A stretch of 64,000 nucleotides of DNA from Clostridiales bacterium Firm_08. GTDB taxonomy: Bacteria; Bacillota; Clostridia; Oscillospirales; QAKW01. Positions 23,700 through 33,674 of the stretch are shown here, in pieces. The stretch lies in contig LVAN01000003.1 in assembly GCA_001604045.1 (NCBI GenBank), forward strand, positions 63,765-127,764. Direction: 5' to 3'. The stretch's first letter is position 1. Each line of letters starts with the position of its first letter. The translations under genes were made by a program, and so were the position numbers. Below the pieces are notes generated by a model, which made no database searches, was not told where the DNA came from, and saw only the letters and a program-made list of their open reading frames with translations.

Positions 23700-24599
23700 A
23701 TGACATTACTTATTATGGCGGCGGGAATGGGAAGCCGCTACGGCGGGCTCAAACAGATGGATCCGGTCGGACCGAACGGCGAGTTTATCGTGGACTTTTC
23801 CGTCTATGACGCGATGCGCGCCGGCTTTGACCGCGTGGTATTCATTATAAAGAAAGAAAATTACGAGGACTTCGAGCAGACCGTCGGCAAACGCGTGCGC
23901 GGGATGATCAAGGTGGAATACGTCTTTCAGGACACCTGTGATATCCCCGCGGGGACGAGCGTTCCCGCCGGCCGTCTGAAACCGCTTGGAACGGGACACG
24001 CCGTGTGGTGCGCCCGCAACGTCATCGACGATCCTTTCGCCGTCATCAACGCCGACGATTTTTACGGCAGAGAGGCGTTTGAGAAACTGGGCGAGTATCT
24101 GCGCGCGCCTGAAGCGCACCGGTACGTTATGGCGGGATATCTGCTGAAAAACACCATCACCGAAAACGGTTATGTCAGCCGCGGCGTCTGTGCCGCGCGG
24201 GACGGCAGACTCACCCATATCGTGGAGCGCACCCATATCGAACAACGGCCGCAGGGCATCGCGTTTTTGGAGGACGATATCTGGACGCCGCTTGCTCCCG
24301 ATACCGTCGTGTCGATGAACTGCTGGGGCTTTACGCCGGATCTGTTTCCGGCGCTGGAGAGGGGCCTTACGGACTTTTTGCGAAAGGATCTGCCGAAAAA
24401 CCCCGAAAAGGCGGAATTTTTCCTGCCCTTCCTCGTAGAGGAGGAAATGCGGCGGGGCAACTGCACGGTGGACGTGTTGACCACCGAGGCGAAATGGTAC
24501 GGCGTCACCTACGCCGAGGATCGCCCGATGATGGTGGAATTTTTACGCCGGGCAACGGCCGAGGGGGTCTATCCGCCGAGGCTGGGCAGGACATCTTAA
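23700..24599 (+). CDS. sugar-phosphate nucleotidyltransferase family protein
   Basis: N-terminal MAAGMGSRYGGLKQ matches the GxGxRxnK signature of NTP-sugar pyrophosphorylases. NADDFYG segment also present. Confidence 0.75.
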   Translation: MTLLIMAAGMGSRYGGLKQMDPVGPNGEFIVDFSVYDAMRAGFDRVVFIIKKENYEDFEQTVGKRVRGMIKVEYVFQDTCDIPAGTSVPAGRLKPLGTGHAVWCARNVIDDPFAVINADDFYGREAFEKLGEYLRAPEAHRYVMAGYLLKNTITENGYVSRGVCAARDGRLTHIVERTHIEQRPQGIAFLEDDIWTPLAPDTVVSMNCWGFTPDLFPALERGLTDFLRKDLPKNPEKAEFFLPFLVEEEMRRGNCTVDVLTTEAKWYGVTYAEDRPMMVEFLRRATAEGVYPPRLGRTS

Positions 24600-24605
24600 G
24601 TTTGA

Positions 24606-27600
24606 ATGAAAAACATTTTGCAAGACGCCGTCGCCGCTCTGCCGGAGGTGGAACAGGCGGCGGCGCGCTATCCGACGGCGGAGTTTCCGCTGGCGCTGAA
24701 CGGCGTGCCGATGAGCGTCGCGGGACTGGTCGGCGGATGTATCGCGAGAAAACTTGATAAAACGGCGATTTTCGTCGCGCCCGATGAGGGGGCGGCGGGC
24801 AAGATCGTCGATTGTTTGCGTGGGGCGTTCCCGGGGGAGCGCACGGCGCTGCTGCCCGGCGTTGACCTGGTGTTCGACGCGATAGACGCGGCGGCGGCGG
24901 ACAGCCGCCACGCCCGTATCAGCGTTTTGCGGAGCGCGGCGCGGGGAGAGATCGAAAACGTCGTCACGACGGTGGACGGCATGATCAACCGCTGTCCCGA
25001 TCCTGAAACGCTGAAAGCCGCCGAGATCACACTGACGGCGGGGAAGGATCTGCCCTTTGAAAGCCTGATCTCTTTTCTGAACGAAAACGGATATACCAGG
25101 CTGGAAACCGTCGAAGGCGCGGGCGGCTATGCCGTCAGAGGATCTATCGTGGATATTTTCAGTCCGGATCATAAAGAACCGGTGCGGGTGGACTTTTTCG
25201 GCGACACCGTGGACAGCATCGGATTTTTCGATATCGGGGGGCAGCGGCGCAGAGAACCGCTGGACACTGTTACGATCGGTCCCGCCGGGACGTCGCGGCC
25301 GGCGCCGGATGAGGCGTTTTTCGCGCGGGTCCGCGCGGCGGCGAAAAAAATAAAAGATGAAAAAACGAGAAAAACGCTGGAGGAGGAACTCTCCCTTTTG
25401 CGGGAGGGTCTGCCGGTGACGGGCGGAGACCGCTATCTTCCCTTTGAGACGGAAAGAGCGTTTTACCTCACCGATTATATGCCGGACGCCCTGCTTTTCG
25501 TCTGTGAAAACGCGCTGACGGCGTCCCGTTATGAATTTATTGACTGGCAGTTCGGGGAGGACGCGGAACGGATGCTTTCCGAGCGGCGCCCGTTTTTCCC
25601 CGCCCTTTCCTACTATCTTTCCGCGAAAGATCTCGCGGCGCTGTATGAGAAGCGGCGCGCGGTCTTTCTGTCGTCCATGACGCTGGGCGGATGGATCGGG
25701 AAACTCTCGATGCTGGAGGATCTCTCGGCGCGGGACGACGCGCTCACCCGCGCGGACAACGCCGTGATGATGGGGGAGATCCGCGAAGCCGTCGCGGCGA
25801 AGGATCGCGTGCTGTGGTGCGTCGGCGGCAGAGGCGAGGTGTACCGGCAGATGCTGTCCGACACCGGCATCCCCTTTACCTTTGAGAAAGAGGGACCGGG
25901 CGTAACGCTGCTGCCGATCTCCCTCAAAGCGGACGTCTTTTTTCCGACGGGCAAACTGATGCTGCTCGGCGAGCGGGTGGAAAAACAGCCGCCCCGCCGC
26001 CGGATCGGCGTGCCGAAAGGCAAAAAGATCCGCTCGTTTTCGGATATCCGGCCCGGCGATCTCGTGGTGCACGCGCATCACGGCATCGGCGTATACCGCG
26101 GCATCCGCCGCGTGGAAAACCACGGCGTCGTCAAGGACTATCTCACCGTCGCCTACGACAAGGGGGATATGCTGTACGTTCCCGCGCCCCAGCTCGACCT
26201 TTTGACAAAATATATGGGCGCCTCGCCCGATACCGGCGTCAAACTCTCCCGCCTCGGCTCGCCGATGTGGGAAAAGCAAAAGCAGAAGGTCCGGGAACAG
26301 GCGTCGATCCTTGCCAGGGAACTGATCCGTCTGTACGCGCGCCGTCAGGCGTCGCCGGGGTTCGCGTTTTCTCCCGATACCGACTGGCAGCGGCAGTTCG
26401 AGGACAATTTCCCTTACACCGAGACGGAGGATCAGATCCGTTCGGCGCAGGAGATCAAAGAGGATATGGAAAAGCCGGTACCGATGGATCGCCTGCTGTG
26501 CGGAGACGTCGGGTTCGGCAAAACGGAGGTGGCGCTTCGCGCCGTGTTCAAGGCGGTGACCGACTCCAAGCAGGCGGCGATCCTCGCGCCGACGACCATT
26601 TTGAGCGATCAGCATCTTTCCACCGTGCGGGAGCGGTTTTCGGGATTTCCCGTGCGGGCGGAAGTGCTCAACCGCTTCAAAACAAAAAAGGAACAGGAAA
26701 AGATCCTGCGGCAGCTTCGCCGCGGGGAGATCGACATCATCATCGGCACTCACCGTCTGCTGCAAAAGGACGTTGTGTTCAAAGATCTGGGACTTCTGGT
26801 GGTGGATGAGGAACAGCGCTTCGGCGTCAAGCACAAAGAGGCGATCAAGCAAATGTCGGTCGGCGTGGACGTGCTGACGCTGTCCGCGACCCCCATCCCG
26901 CGCACCCTCAATATGGCGCTGTCCGGCATCCGGGATATGTCGATGATCGAGGAGGCGCCCGCCGACCGCTACCCGGTGGCGACTTACGTGCTGGAATACG
27001 ACGAAAACGTCGTGGCAGGCGCCATCCGCCGTGAAATGCGGCGACAGGGCTGCGTGTACTATCTTAAAAACGATATAGAGAAACTGGATGGTATCGCCGC
27101 CCGCATCCGCCGGCAGATCCCGACGGCGCGTATCGCCCTGGCGCACGGACGGATGAAGGGCGCCGAACTTGAAAAGATTTGGGACGCCGTCTGGCGGCGG
27201 GAGGTGGACGTACTGCTCTGCACCACCATCATAGAGACGGGGCTGGACGTGCCTTTTACAAATACGCTGATCATCGAGGACGCCGACCGTATGGGGCTGG
27301 CGCAGCTCCATCAGATCCGCGGGCGGATCGGCAGAAGCAGCGTGCGGGCATACGCCTATCTCACCTACCGCGCGGGCGCCATGCCGAGCGAGGTGGCGGC
27401 GAAACGGCTCGCCACCATCCGGGAGTTTACCGAATTCGGTTCCGGCTTTAAGATCGCGATGCGGGATCTTGAGATCCGCGGCGCCGGCAGCGTGCTGGGA
27501 GAACGTCAGCACGGCCATATCAATACCGTCGGGTATGAGATGTATATGAAGATCCTTTCTGAGGTCATCGCGGGGGAAAAGGGCGTTATCGAACCGCCGA

Positions 27601-28040
27601 AAAGCGACTGCGCCGTCGATATCCCGGTGTCCGCTTACATCTCCTCCGACTTTGTGGAGAGCGAGGCGCACCGCATCGACCTTTACAAAAAGATCGCCGC
27701 CATCGAGAGCGACGAGGATATGAGGGACGTCACCGACGAGATCTGCGACCGCTTCGGCGAGCCGCCGGAGGCGGCGGTCAACCTGATGCGGATCGCGAAA
27801 CTGCGCGGTACGGCGAGAAAGTGCGGCGTGGACGAGATCAAGGCGAGAGGAGAGACGGTGCTGATCTTTCTGCGGGACGGTGATCCCGACCGGGTCATCG
27901 CCGCCGTCAGGGCGTTTCGCGGAAGGCTTTTGTTCAGTGAGGGCGCCCGCCCTTATCTCACACTGCGAAAGAGCGGCGGGGATCTTTTAGAGGATCTCCA
28001 GACCGTTGTTGACATTCTTTCATCGGAGGAAACGAAATGA
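24606..28040 (+). CDS. mfd: transcription-repair coupling factor
   Basis: 1144 aa. Superfamily 2 helicase motifs GDVGFGKTEV, DEEQRFGV and TATPIPRT-like SATPIPRT. TRG region present. Confidence 0.95.
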   Translation: MKNILQDAVAALPEVEQAAARYPTAEFPLALNGVPMSVAGLVGGCIARKLDKTAIFVAPDEGAAGKIVDCLRGAFPGERTALLPGVDLVFDAIDAAAADSRHARISVLRSAARGEIENVVTTVDGMINRCPDPETLKAAEITLTAGKDLPFESLISFLNENGYTRLETVEGAGGYAVRGSIVDIFSPDHKEPVRVDFFGDTVDSIGFFDIGGQRRREPLDTVTIGPAGTSRPAPDEAFFARVRAAAKKIKDEKTRKTLEEELSLLREGLPVTGGDRYLPFETERAFYLTDYMPDALLFVCENALTASRYEFIDWQFGEDAERMLSERRPFFPALSYYLSAKDLAALYEKRRAVFLSSMTLGGWIGKLSMLEDLSARDDALTRADNAVMMGEIREAVAAKDRVLWCVGGRGEVYRQMLSDTGIPFTFEKEGPGVTLLPISLKADVFFPTGKLMLLGERVEKQPPRRRIGVPKGKKIRSFSDIRPGDLVVHAHHGIGVYRGIRRVENHGVVKDYLTVAYDKGDMLYVPAPQLDLLTKYMGASPDTGVKLSRLGSPMWEKQKQKVREQASILARELIRLYARRQASPGFAFSPDTDWQRQFEDNFPYTETEDQIRSAQEIKEDMEKPVPMDRLLCGDVGFGKTEVALRAVFKAVTDSKQAAILAPTTILSDQHLSTVRERFSGFPVRAEVLNRFKTKKEQEKILRQLRRGEIDIIIGTHRLLQKDVVFKDLGLLVVDEEQRFGVKHKEAIKQMSVGVDVLTLSATPIPRTLNMALSGIRDMSMIEEAPADRYPVATYVLEYDENVVAGAIRREMRRQGCVYYLKNDIEKLDGIAARIRRQIPTARIALAHGRMKGAELEKIWDAVWRREVDVLLCTTIIETGLDVPFTNTLIIEDADRMGLAQLHQIRGRIGRSSVRAYAYLTYRAGAMPSEVAAKRLATIREFTEFGSGFKIAMRDLEIRGAGSVLGERQHGHINTVGYEMYMKILSEVIAGEKGVIEPPKSDCAVDIPVSAYISSDFVESEAHRIDLYKKIAAIESDEDMRDVTDEICDRFGEPPEAAVNLMRIAKLRGTARKCGVDEIKARGETVLIFLRDGDPDRVIAAVRAFRGRLLFSEGARPYLTLRKSGGDLLEDLQTVVDILSSEETK

Positions 28041-28972
28041 CGTATCGAAAGATCACCATCCACACCCGCCCCGAAGGGCTGGAAGATCTTGAAAACGCGC
28101 TGATCATCGCGGGATATACGTCCTTTGAGGTGAGCGACGCGCGGGATTTCAACGAATTTCTCGACACGGTCACCCCTCACTGGGACTATGTCGATGAGGC
28201 GCTGCTTGAAAAAAAGACCGCGCCGACCACGGTCAGTCTGTATTTGGAGGAAAACGAGCCGACCGACCGTCTGTGGAAAACCCTTTCCGCGCTGAAGGCG
28301 GAAAAGGGGGAGCGGGTCGGTACCCTCGCGGCGGATGAGGAGCTGATCTATGAGGAGCAGTGGAAGGACGTCTGGAAACAGTATTACCGCCCTGTCGAGG
28401 TCAGCGAAAAACTCGCCGTCGTGCCGGAGTGGATGGAGTATACGCCGAGGACGGGACAAACCGTCCTTTGGATGGATCCCGGCGCGGCGTTCGGCACCGG
28501 CTCCCACGAGACGACGTTTCTCTGTCTTTCGGCGCTTGCGGGGATGGATCTGACGGATAAAACCGTGCTGGATATTGGCAGCGGCAGCGGGATACTCAGC
28601 GTCGCGTCGCTGCTGCTCGGCGCGAAAAAGGCGCTGGGGGTCGATGTGGACGAACTCGCCGTCAGGGCGGGCGGGGAAAACGCCGCCCGCAACGGTGTGG
28701 CGGATCGCGCGGCGTTTATAAAAGGCGATCTCGCGGCGGATGTGACGGAACAGTTCGATATCGTCGCCGCCAACATCGTTTCCGACGTCCTGCTCCGTCT
28801 GCTGCCTGACGCGCGCGGCAAAATGGCGGCGGGCGGCAAACTGCTGCTGTCCGGCGTCATCGACGACCGCGCGGCGGAACTTCGCGAGGCGATCGGACAA
28901 AACGGCCTGCGTATCGTCCGGGAGGATCGAAAGAACGATTGGCACGCTTTTCTTTGCGAGGTGGATCTATGA
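28037..28972 (+). CDS. prmA: ribosomal protein L11 methyltransferase
   Basis: FGTGSHETT and DIGSGSGIL motifs. Followed by rsmE as in many Firmicutes. Confidence 0.9.
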   Translation: MTYRKITIHTRPEGLEDLENALIIAGYTSFEVSDARDFNEFLDTVTPHWDYVDEALLEKKTAPTTVSLYLEENEPTDRLWKTLSALKAEKGERVGTLAADEELIYEEQWKDVWKQYYRPVEVSEKLAVVPEWMEYTPRTGQTVLWMDPGAAFGTGSHETTFLCLSALAGMDLTDKTVLDIGSGSGILSVASLLLGAKKALGVDVDELAVRAGGENAARNGVADRAAFIKGDLAADVTEQFDIVAANIVSDVLLRLLPDARGKMAAGGKLLLSGVIDDRAAELREAIGQNGLRIVREDRKNDWHAFLCEVDL

Positions 28973-29691
28973 ACAGATTTTTCCTGTCAAACGGAGATAC
29001 CGTCGGAGAAAGGGAGATCACGCTGACCGGGGAGAATTATATCCATCTGACCCGCGCCCTGCGGGCGCGAATCGGGGAGGAATGTATCGTCTGCGACGGA
29101 AAGCGCACCGATTATTTCTGCCGTGTGGCGGCGGTTGATAAAGAAACCGTGACGCTTTCGATCGAAAAGGCCGCGCCGAGCGCCGGGGAAAGCGATATCG
29201 GGATCACGCTCTATCAGTGCCTGCCAAAAGGCGATAAGATGGAAAGCGTCATCTCCCGCGCCGTGGAAACGGGCGTCCGCCGGATCGTGCCGGTGGTCAG
29301 CCGTAACTGCGTGGCGCGTCCCGAGCGTGCGGATAAAAAAGTCGAGCGGTGGAACCGCATCGCCCGGTCCGCCGCCGAGCAGTGCGGCAGAGGCATTTTG
29401 CCCGTGGTGGCGGATATTACCGACTTTTCCGGGGCGCTTGCTATGCTGGCGGCGCACGAAACGGCGTTTATCTGCTTTGAAAATGAAACCGAGCGCAAGC
29501 TGAGCGGCCTGACGCTGACAAAAGACGTCGGGTTTCTCATCGGTCCCGAAGGGGGACTTGCCCCGGAGGAGGCCGCTCTGTGGGAAAAAGCGGGCATCCC
29601 CGCCGTATCCCTCGGACGGCGGATCCTGCGTACGGAAAACGCGGCGGCGTTCGTGCTGCCCGTCCTGCATTACAAGAACGGAGAGGTGTAA
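28969..29691 (+). CDS. rsmE: 16S rRNA (uracil1498-N3)-methyltransferase
   Basis: MNRFFL start with an ATGA overlap with prmA. C-terminal GPEGGL..LG.RILR.E.A SPOUT knot motif. Confidence 0.9.
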   Translation: MNRFFLSNGDTVGEREITLTGENYIHLTRALRARIGEECIVCDGKRTDYFCRVAAVDKETVTLSIEKAAPSAGESDIGITLYQCLPKGDKMESVISRAVETGVRRIVPVVSRNCVARPERADKKVERWNRIARSAAEQCGRGILPVVADITDFSGALAMLAAHETAFICFENETERKLSGLTLTKDVGFLIGPEGGLAPEEAALWEKAGIPAVSLGRRILRTENAAAFVLPVLHYKNGEV

Positions 29692-29693
29692 CA

Positions 29694-30458
29694 ATGAATC
29701 AAAAAGACCGCAAGGCAAAATTCGTACAAAACGAGGTGCGTATCACCCGTGCGTCCGTCGCGCTGTTCGCGTTTCTCGCCATTGCCGCCTGCGTGTGGAT
29801 GGTCAGTCACCTGCGTCTGCCGCTGTCCAAAAACGGATGGTGGATGCTGCCGATCGCCGGCGTGCCGACGGCGGGCGCGGCGATCCTCTTTTGGCTCGCC
29901 CGCCGGGAAAAGAAAGAGGGGCGTCAGCGTGTGTTCTCGCTGTCCTACTGGTGTTTCCTTGCCGCCTCTCTCGCGGTGTCCCAGCTCTTTCTCGTCGTCA
30001 CGATGCCGGTGGACTACTGGACGTACAGCGTGCCGCTGGACTTTCTGCTCATCATCCTTATCTATCTTTTTTACGTTTTCGCGTGGGGCGAGGGCAGGGA
30101 CTTCGCCCGGTTCTCCGCCCTTTGCGCGCTTGCCGCGATGGGATGCGCCGCGATGTACGAGAACTATTTCGAGCCCAAACAGCAGTTTATTTCCACCCGG
30201 CTGCTGACCGCCGATACCGTCTATACGATCGGCTGGTGGCTGCTCGCCGCCGTCGCGGCCGCGCTGATCGTCCTGCGGTGGAAAAAGAAATGCCGTATCT
30301 GGAAGGATATCGTCCTGCTCGTCCTGACGGCGGCCTATTGGCTCGCCCTCTCTCACAAATGGTGGACGGGGCTGGCGCTTTCCCGGACGTTCGGGGCGGC
30401 GATCGCCGTGTGGTTCATCCTTGTGAGACTGCTCAAACAGTTCAAAGTCATCCGCTGA
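29694..30458 (+). CDS. hypothetical polytopic membrane protein
   Basis: ATG 29694 with a GGAGAGG Shine-Dalgarno. About 7 hydrophobic helices. No family recognised. Confidence 0.55.
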   Translation: MNQKDRKAKFVQNEVRITRASVALFAFLAIAACVWMVSHLRLPLSKNGWWMLPIAGVPTAGAAILFWLARREKKEGRQRVFSLSYWCFLAASLAVSQLFLVVTMPVDYWTYSVPLDFLLIILIYLFYVFAWGEGRDFARFSALCALAAMGCAAMYENYFEPKQQFISTRLLTADTVYTIGWWLLAAVAAALIVLRWKKKCRIWKDIVLLVLTAAYWLALSHKWWTGLALSRTFGAAIAVWFILVRLLKQFKVIR

Positions 30459-30505
30459 TTTTGGCGATTTCGCAAAAAGTGACAAAAATTGGTTTACATA
30501 AAATC

Positions 30506-30589
30506 TGTGGAAAAGTCGGTGGATAACGTGGAAAACCATGAAAAAACACCTGGTTTTCCCCGAAAGAATGCCGTTTTTCCTGTGGAAAA
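30506..30589. promoter_or_regulatory. cluster of DnaA-box-like 9-mers
   Basis: TGTGGAAAA (30506-30514), GGTGGATAA (30518-30526), CGTGGAAAA (30527-30535) and TGTGGAAAA (30581-30589). Each has 1-2 mismatches to TGTGGATAA, and all are in the same orientation. Confidence 0.4.
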
Positions 30590-30746
30590 CATTGGTTGCG
30601 TTTCATTATGGCGAAAACAAAAATAAAAAATTCGCGAAAAAAGACTTGACAGGTTTTTCCTGATTTTTTGAAAGAAATACTTGCAATATCCCGCGTTCTG
30701 TGATAAACTGTAAAACGTATATAGAATAGCAGAAAGGTGAAATACA

Positions 30747-30998
30747 ATGAGTACACTTCAAATCATCATCGGCGCCGTCGTGATCGTTCTTGCGGTGGCG
30801 GTCATGATCATAATTATGATCCAGCAGGGCAAGAATGACGGTCTCGGCGCGATGGCAGGCGGCAGCGCGGCGGACGCGGAGTCCTTTTTCAACAAAAATC
30901 AGCACAAACAGAGGGACGCGGTGCTCAACCGCATCACGATCATCCTGACCATCCTTCTGGTCATCGGCGTCGTCGTTTTGACGCTGATCGGCAAATAA
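30747..30998 (+). CDS. secG: preprotein translocase subunit SecG
   Basis: 83 aa with two TM helices flanking a Gly-rich loop (QQGKNDGLGAMAGG). Confidence 0.85.
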   Translation: MSTLQIIIGAVVIVLAVAVMIIIMIQQGKNDGLGAMAGGSAADAESFFNKNQHKQRDAVLNRITIILTILLVIGVVVLTLIGK

Positions 30999-31018
30999 AC
31001 CGGGAACAAAATGTAATA

Positions 31019-31057
31019 AAAAAGACAGGAAAACAACGTTTTCCTGTCTTTTTTTAC
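31019..31057 (+). terminator. rho-independent terminator of secG
   Basis: AAGACAGGAAAAC-aac-GTTTTCCTGTCTT followed by TTTTTT. Confidence 0.8.
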
Positions 31058-31095
31058 ATCATAGCGTAAAACAGTTTTCCCGCGTCAGAACGAAA

Positions 31096-31130
31096 CCGTA
31101 AGCCTTCCCCCCCTGGGGGAAGGCTTACGG
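31096..31130 (-). terminator. hairpin terminator of rsmA
   Basis: CCGTAAGCCTTCCCC-n5-GGGGAAGGCTTACGG, a 15-bp stem between convergent genes. Confidence 0.7.
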
Positions 31131-31155
31131 TGTTTTGACATAAGAGACCGAGGCC

Positions 31156-31986
31156 TTATATGGATCGTTCCGTCAGCGTGAATAACGCGGCGAGGGTTTC
31201 CGGGGAGAGGGTCTCACATCGCGCGGCGGGGTCGATGCCGGCGGCAAGACACCGCTCGGCGAAATCCGCTTTTATCTCTCCGCCCGGCGTAAGATGGGTG
31301 ATCTTTTTGCGTCTGGCGCCGAACGCCCGTCGGACAAACGCGGCGAACGCCGCTTCCCGGTCGCGGGCAAGCGCCCGCGCGGAGCGGGGGGTCAGGGTGA
31401 TGACGCTGCTGTCGACGTGGGGCGCGGGATAAAAGCAGTGCGGCGGCACGTCGAAGGCGCGAGCGATCTCGAAATAGTACCGCGTCAGGGCGCTTGAGGC
31501 ACGATAGTTCTTTTGCCCGGGCGGCGCGGTCAGGCGCTGGGCGGCCTCTTTTTGCACCATCAGAATGGCGCCCTCTAAAAGGTCGGCGGCGCGGCAGATC
31601 AGATCGATGATGTCTGAGGTGATATAATAGGGCAGGTTGCCGACGACGGTGAAGGGCTCGCCGTCAAACGCCTGCGCCCGAACGGCGGCAAGGTCGGTCT
31701 TGAGGATATCCTGCCACAGAAACTCATGGTTGCTCGCCGTCACCGTCTCCCGCAGGACGGGGGAAAGGGTCTTGTCGATCTCAACGGTGACGACCTTCTC
31801 TGCCCGCTCGCAGAGCAAGGCGGTCAGATGGCCCGTGCCCGCGCCGATCTCCAAAACAAACCGGGCGTTTTCCGCCAGCGCGGCGATGCGGCGCAGGGCG
31901 TTTTCGTCGGTGAGGAAATTCTGCCCCAGCGCTTTGGCCGGTGTAACGCCCCGGCTTTCCAGCATCGCGCGGATCTCCTCTTTCAT
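31156..31986 (-). CDS. rsmA: 16S rRNA (adenine1518/1519-N6)-dimethyltransferase
   Basis: LGQNFL motif and EIGAGTGHLT SAM motif. ATG 31986 has an AAGGAGG Shine-Dalgarno. Confidence 0.9.
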   Translation of the reverse strand: MKEEIRAMLESRGVTPAKALGQNFLTDENALRRIAALAENARFVLEIGAGTGHLTALLCERAEKVVTVEIDKTLSPVLRETVTASNHEFLWQDILKTDLAAVRAQAFDGEPFTVVGNLPYYITSDIIDLICRAADLLEGAILMVQKEAAQRLTAPPGQKNYRASSALTRYYFEIARAFDVPPHCFYPAPHVDSSVITLTPRSARALARDREAAFAAFVRRAFGARRKKITHLTPGGEIKADFAERCLAAGIDPAARCETLSPETLAALFTLTERSI

Positions 31987-32126
31987 CCTCTCGCCTCCTT
32001 TTTCTTTATCATACAATAGAAACGTTCAATTTGCAAGAAAAACCGCTTTTCCCGCGGGCAGCATTTGACATATCGGAAAGAATAGTTTATACTGAAACAG
32101 TAAATATAAAAAGGGGGATTATGGGA

Positions 32127-33590
32127 ATGAAAACTAAACGCCTACTTTCTTTTATCTTTGCGATGATAATGCTGGCAACGTTTCTTTCCGCGTTTTCTTT
32201 TACCTTTGCCGAAACTTATACCGGCACTTGCGGCGATAACGTCAACTGGTCGCTGGATACCAATACCGGCGCTCTCTATATCGCCGGCAGCGGACCAATG
32301 TATAACTATGAATTTGTGAAGCCGTTTGGCTCTCCATGGCGCTCCGAGAATTTGAATAAAAACAAAATCAAAACCGTGACGATCGCCAAAGGTGTTACGA
32401 GCATCGGAGACTATGCGTTTTACGGGTGCAGCCTTACAAAGGTCACCATCCCGAACAGCGTCAAGAGTATCGGTGTGTCTGCGTTTCAAGACTGCTCGAA
32501 TCTTGCTGACGTCGCCATTCCGAACAGCGTTACAAGCATAGGCGAAGATGCGTTCGGAGCGTGCGAAAGCCTTACGAAAGTTGTCGTCCCGGATAGCGTC
32601 ACAGAGCTTGGAAGCTGGGTGTTTTCCTGGTGCCCGAATCTCAAAAGTATTACCATCGGGAATGGTGTCAGGATAATAAAAGAATATGCGATCTACCAGT
32701 GTGATAGTCTTACCGACGTCACCATCGGAAACAGTGTTACGTATATAAGCAATGATTCTTTTTCCTGTTGCAGCCGTTTGAAAAGCATTACCATTCCGGA
32801 TGGTGTCATGGGCATGGCCCCGTACGCCTTTGCGTGGTGTACAGGACTTGAAAGCATCGTCATTCCGGACAGCGTCACACTTATAAGTAGATATGCGTTT
32901 TGCGATTGTGAAAACCTTTCTGACGTTTATTATACAGGGAGTGAGGAACGGTGGCGAGCGATTGAGATCGGCAGAGAAAACGATCCTTTATTAAGAGCCG
33001 CGATTCATTATAACTATGTTCCGAAGCCGCCGATCGACCCGGCGAAGACGTTCAGGGACATCAGTAAAAAGGCGTGGTATTACGACGCGGTCAGCTACGC
33101 CGTCAATCACGGTCTGTTCGCCGGCGCGAACGGTAAGTTCGATCCGGACGGCGATATGACGAGAGGAATGTTCGTGTCGGTGCTGGCGCGTATGGCGGGC
33201 GCGGCGACGAACAATAAAGTCGCCACCAAATTCACCGACGTCAAAAAAGGCCAATGGTACACCGGCGCTGTCAAGTGGGCGAGCGAAAATGGAATTGTTT
33301 CCGGTTCGAACGGTAAGTTTATGCCCAACGATCCCATCACCCGAGAGCAGATCTGCACACTGATCGTGTCCTACGCGAAGTTTATGAAGATCACACTCAC
33401 GCCGAACGCCAAGGCGGTGACCTTCAAGGACGCGAAAAATATTTCGAAGTGGGCAAAAAGCGCGGTCTCCGCCTGTCAGAAAGCGGGACTGATCGCCGGC
33501 TCAAACGGTAATTTCGATCCCAAAGATAAAGCCACCCGCGCGGCGGTGGCGCAGATCCTCATGCAGTTTGATATGAATTTTGGGGACTAA
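32127..33590 (+). CDS. BspA-type leucine-rich-repeat surface protein with C-terminal SLH repeats
   Basis: Signal peptide. About 8 tandem ~23-aa repeats (IPNSVTSIGEDAF..C..L). C-terminal FRDISKKAWYYDAV, FTDVKKGQWYTGAV and FKDAKNISKWAKSAV SLH-like repeats. Confidence 0.8.
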   Translation: MKTKRLLSFIFAMIMLATFLSAFSFTFAETYTGTCGDNVNWSLDTNTGALYIAGSGPMYNYEFVKPFGSPWRSENLNKNKIKTVTIAKGVTSIGDYAFYGCSLTKVTIPNSVKSIGVSAFQDCSNLADVAIPNSVTSIGEDAFGACESLTKVVVPDSVTELGSWVFSWCPNLKSITIGNGVRIIKEYAIYQCDSLTDVTIGNSVTYISNDSFSCCSRLKSITIPDGVMGMAPYAFAWCTGLESIVIPDSVTLISRYAFCDCENLSDVYYTGSEERWRAIEIGRENDPLLRAAIHYNYVPKPPIDPAKTFRDISKKAWYYDAVSYAVNHGLFAGANGKFDPDGDMTRGMFVSVLARMAGAATNNKVATKFTDVKKGQWYTGAVKWASENGIVSGSNGKFMPNDPITREQICTLIVSYAKFMKITLTPNAKAVTFKDAKNISKWAKSAVSACQKAGLIAGSNGNFDPKDKATRAAVAQILMQFDMNFGD

Positions 33591-33601
33591 TAAAAACTTT
33601 T

Positions 33602-33647
33602 AAAACGGCGGCGCTCTGATCAAAAGATCGGAGCGCCGCCGTTGTTT
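33602..33647. terminator. bidirectional rho-independent terminator
   Basis: A 16-bp stem CGGCGGCGCTCTGATC-aaaa-GATCGGAGCGCCGCCG, flanked by A and T runs. Confidence 0.75.
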
Positions 33648-33674
33648 CGTTTATATTCAGTCGGCGGGGAAAGA

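Noticed and set aside
24543-27671. Very long antisense ORFs. Examples: 1042 aa opposite mfd; 21745..23337 opposite the phosphosugar mutase; 16882..18348 opposite gatA; 5623..7485; 33642..35336; 35346..36896; 38057..39412; 46956..48794; 49265..51073.
   Set aside because: Each lies opposite a gene with unmistakable conserved motifs. Their translations are Arg/Gly/Ala/Asp-rich and low in complexity, which is typical of stop-codon-poor antisense frames in about 60% GC DNA. None has an SD or recognisable domains.
30538-30663. 41-codon ORF (MKKHLVFPERMPFFLWKTLVAFHYGENKNKKFAKKDLTGFS) in the secG upstream spacer.
   Set aside because: No Shine-Dalgarno. The ORF overlaps the repeated GTGGAAAA motifs and the likely secG promoter region, so it is probably fortuitous.
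30460-30746. Chromosomal replication origin (oriC).
   Set aside because: There is no dnaA, dnaN or rpmH nearby. Flanking genes do not switch from minus to plus orientation across the site. I saw no clear DnaA-trio or 13-mer unwinding element. It is kept only as a DnaA-box-cluster candidate.
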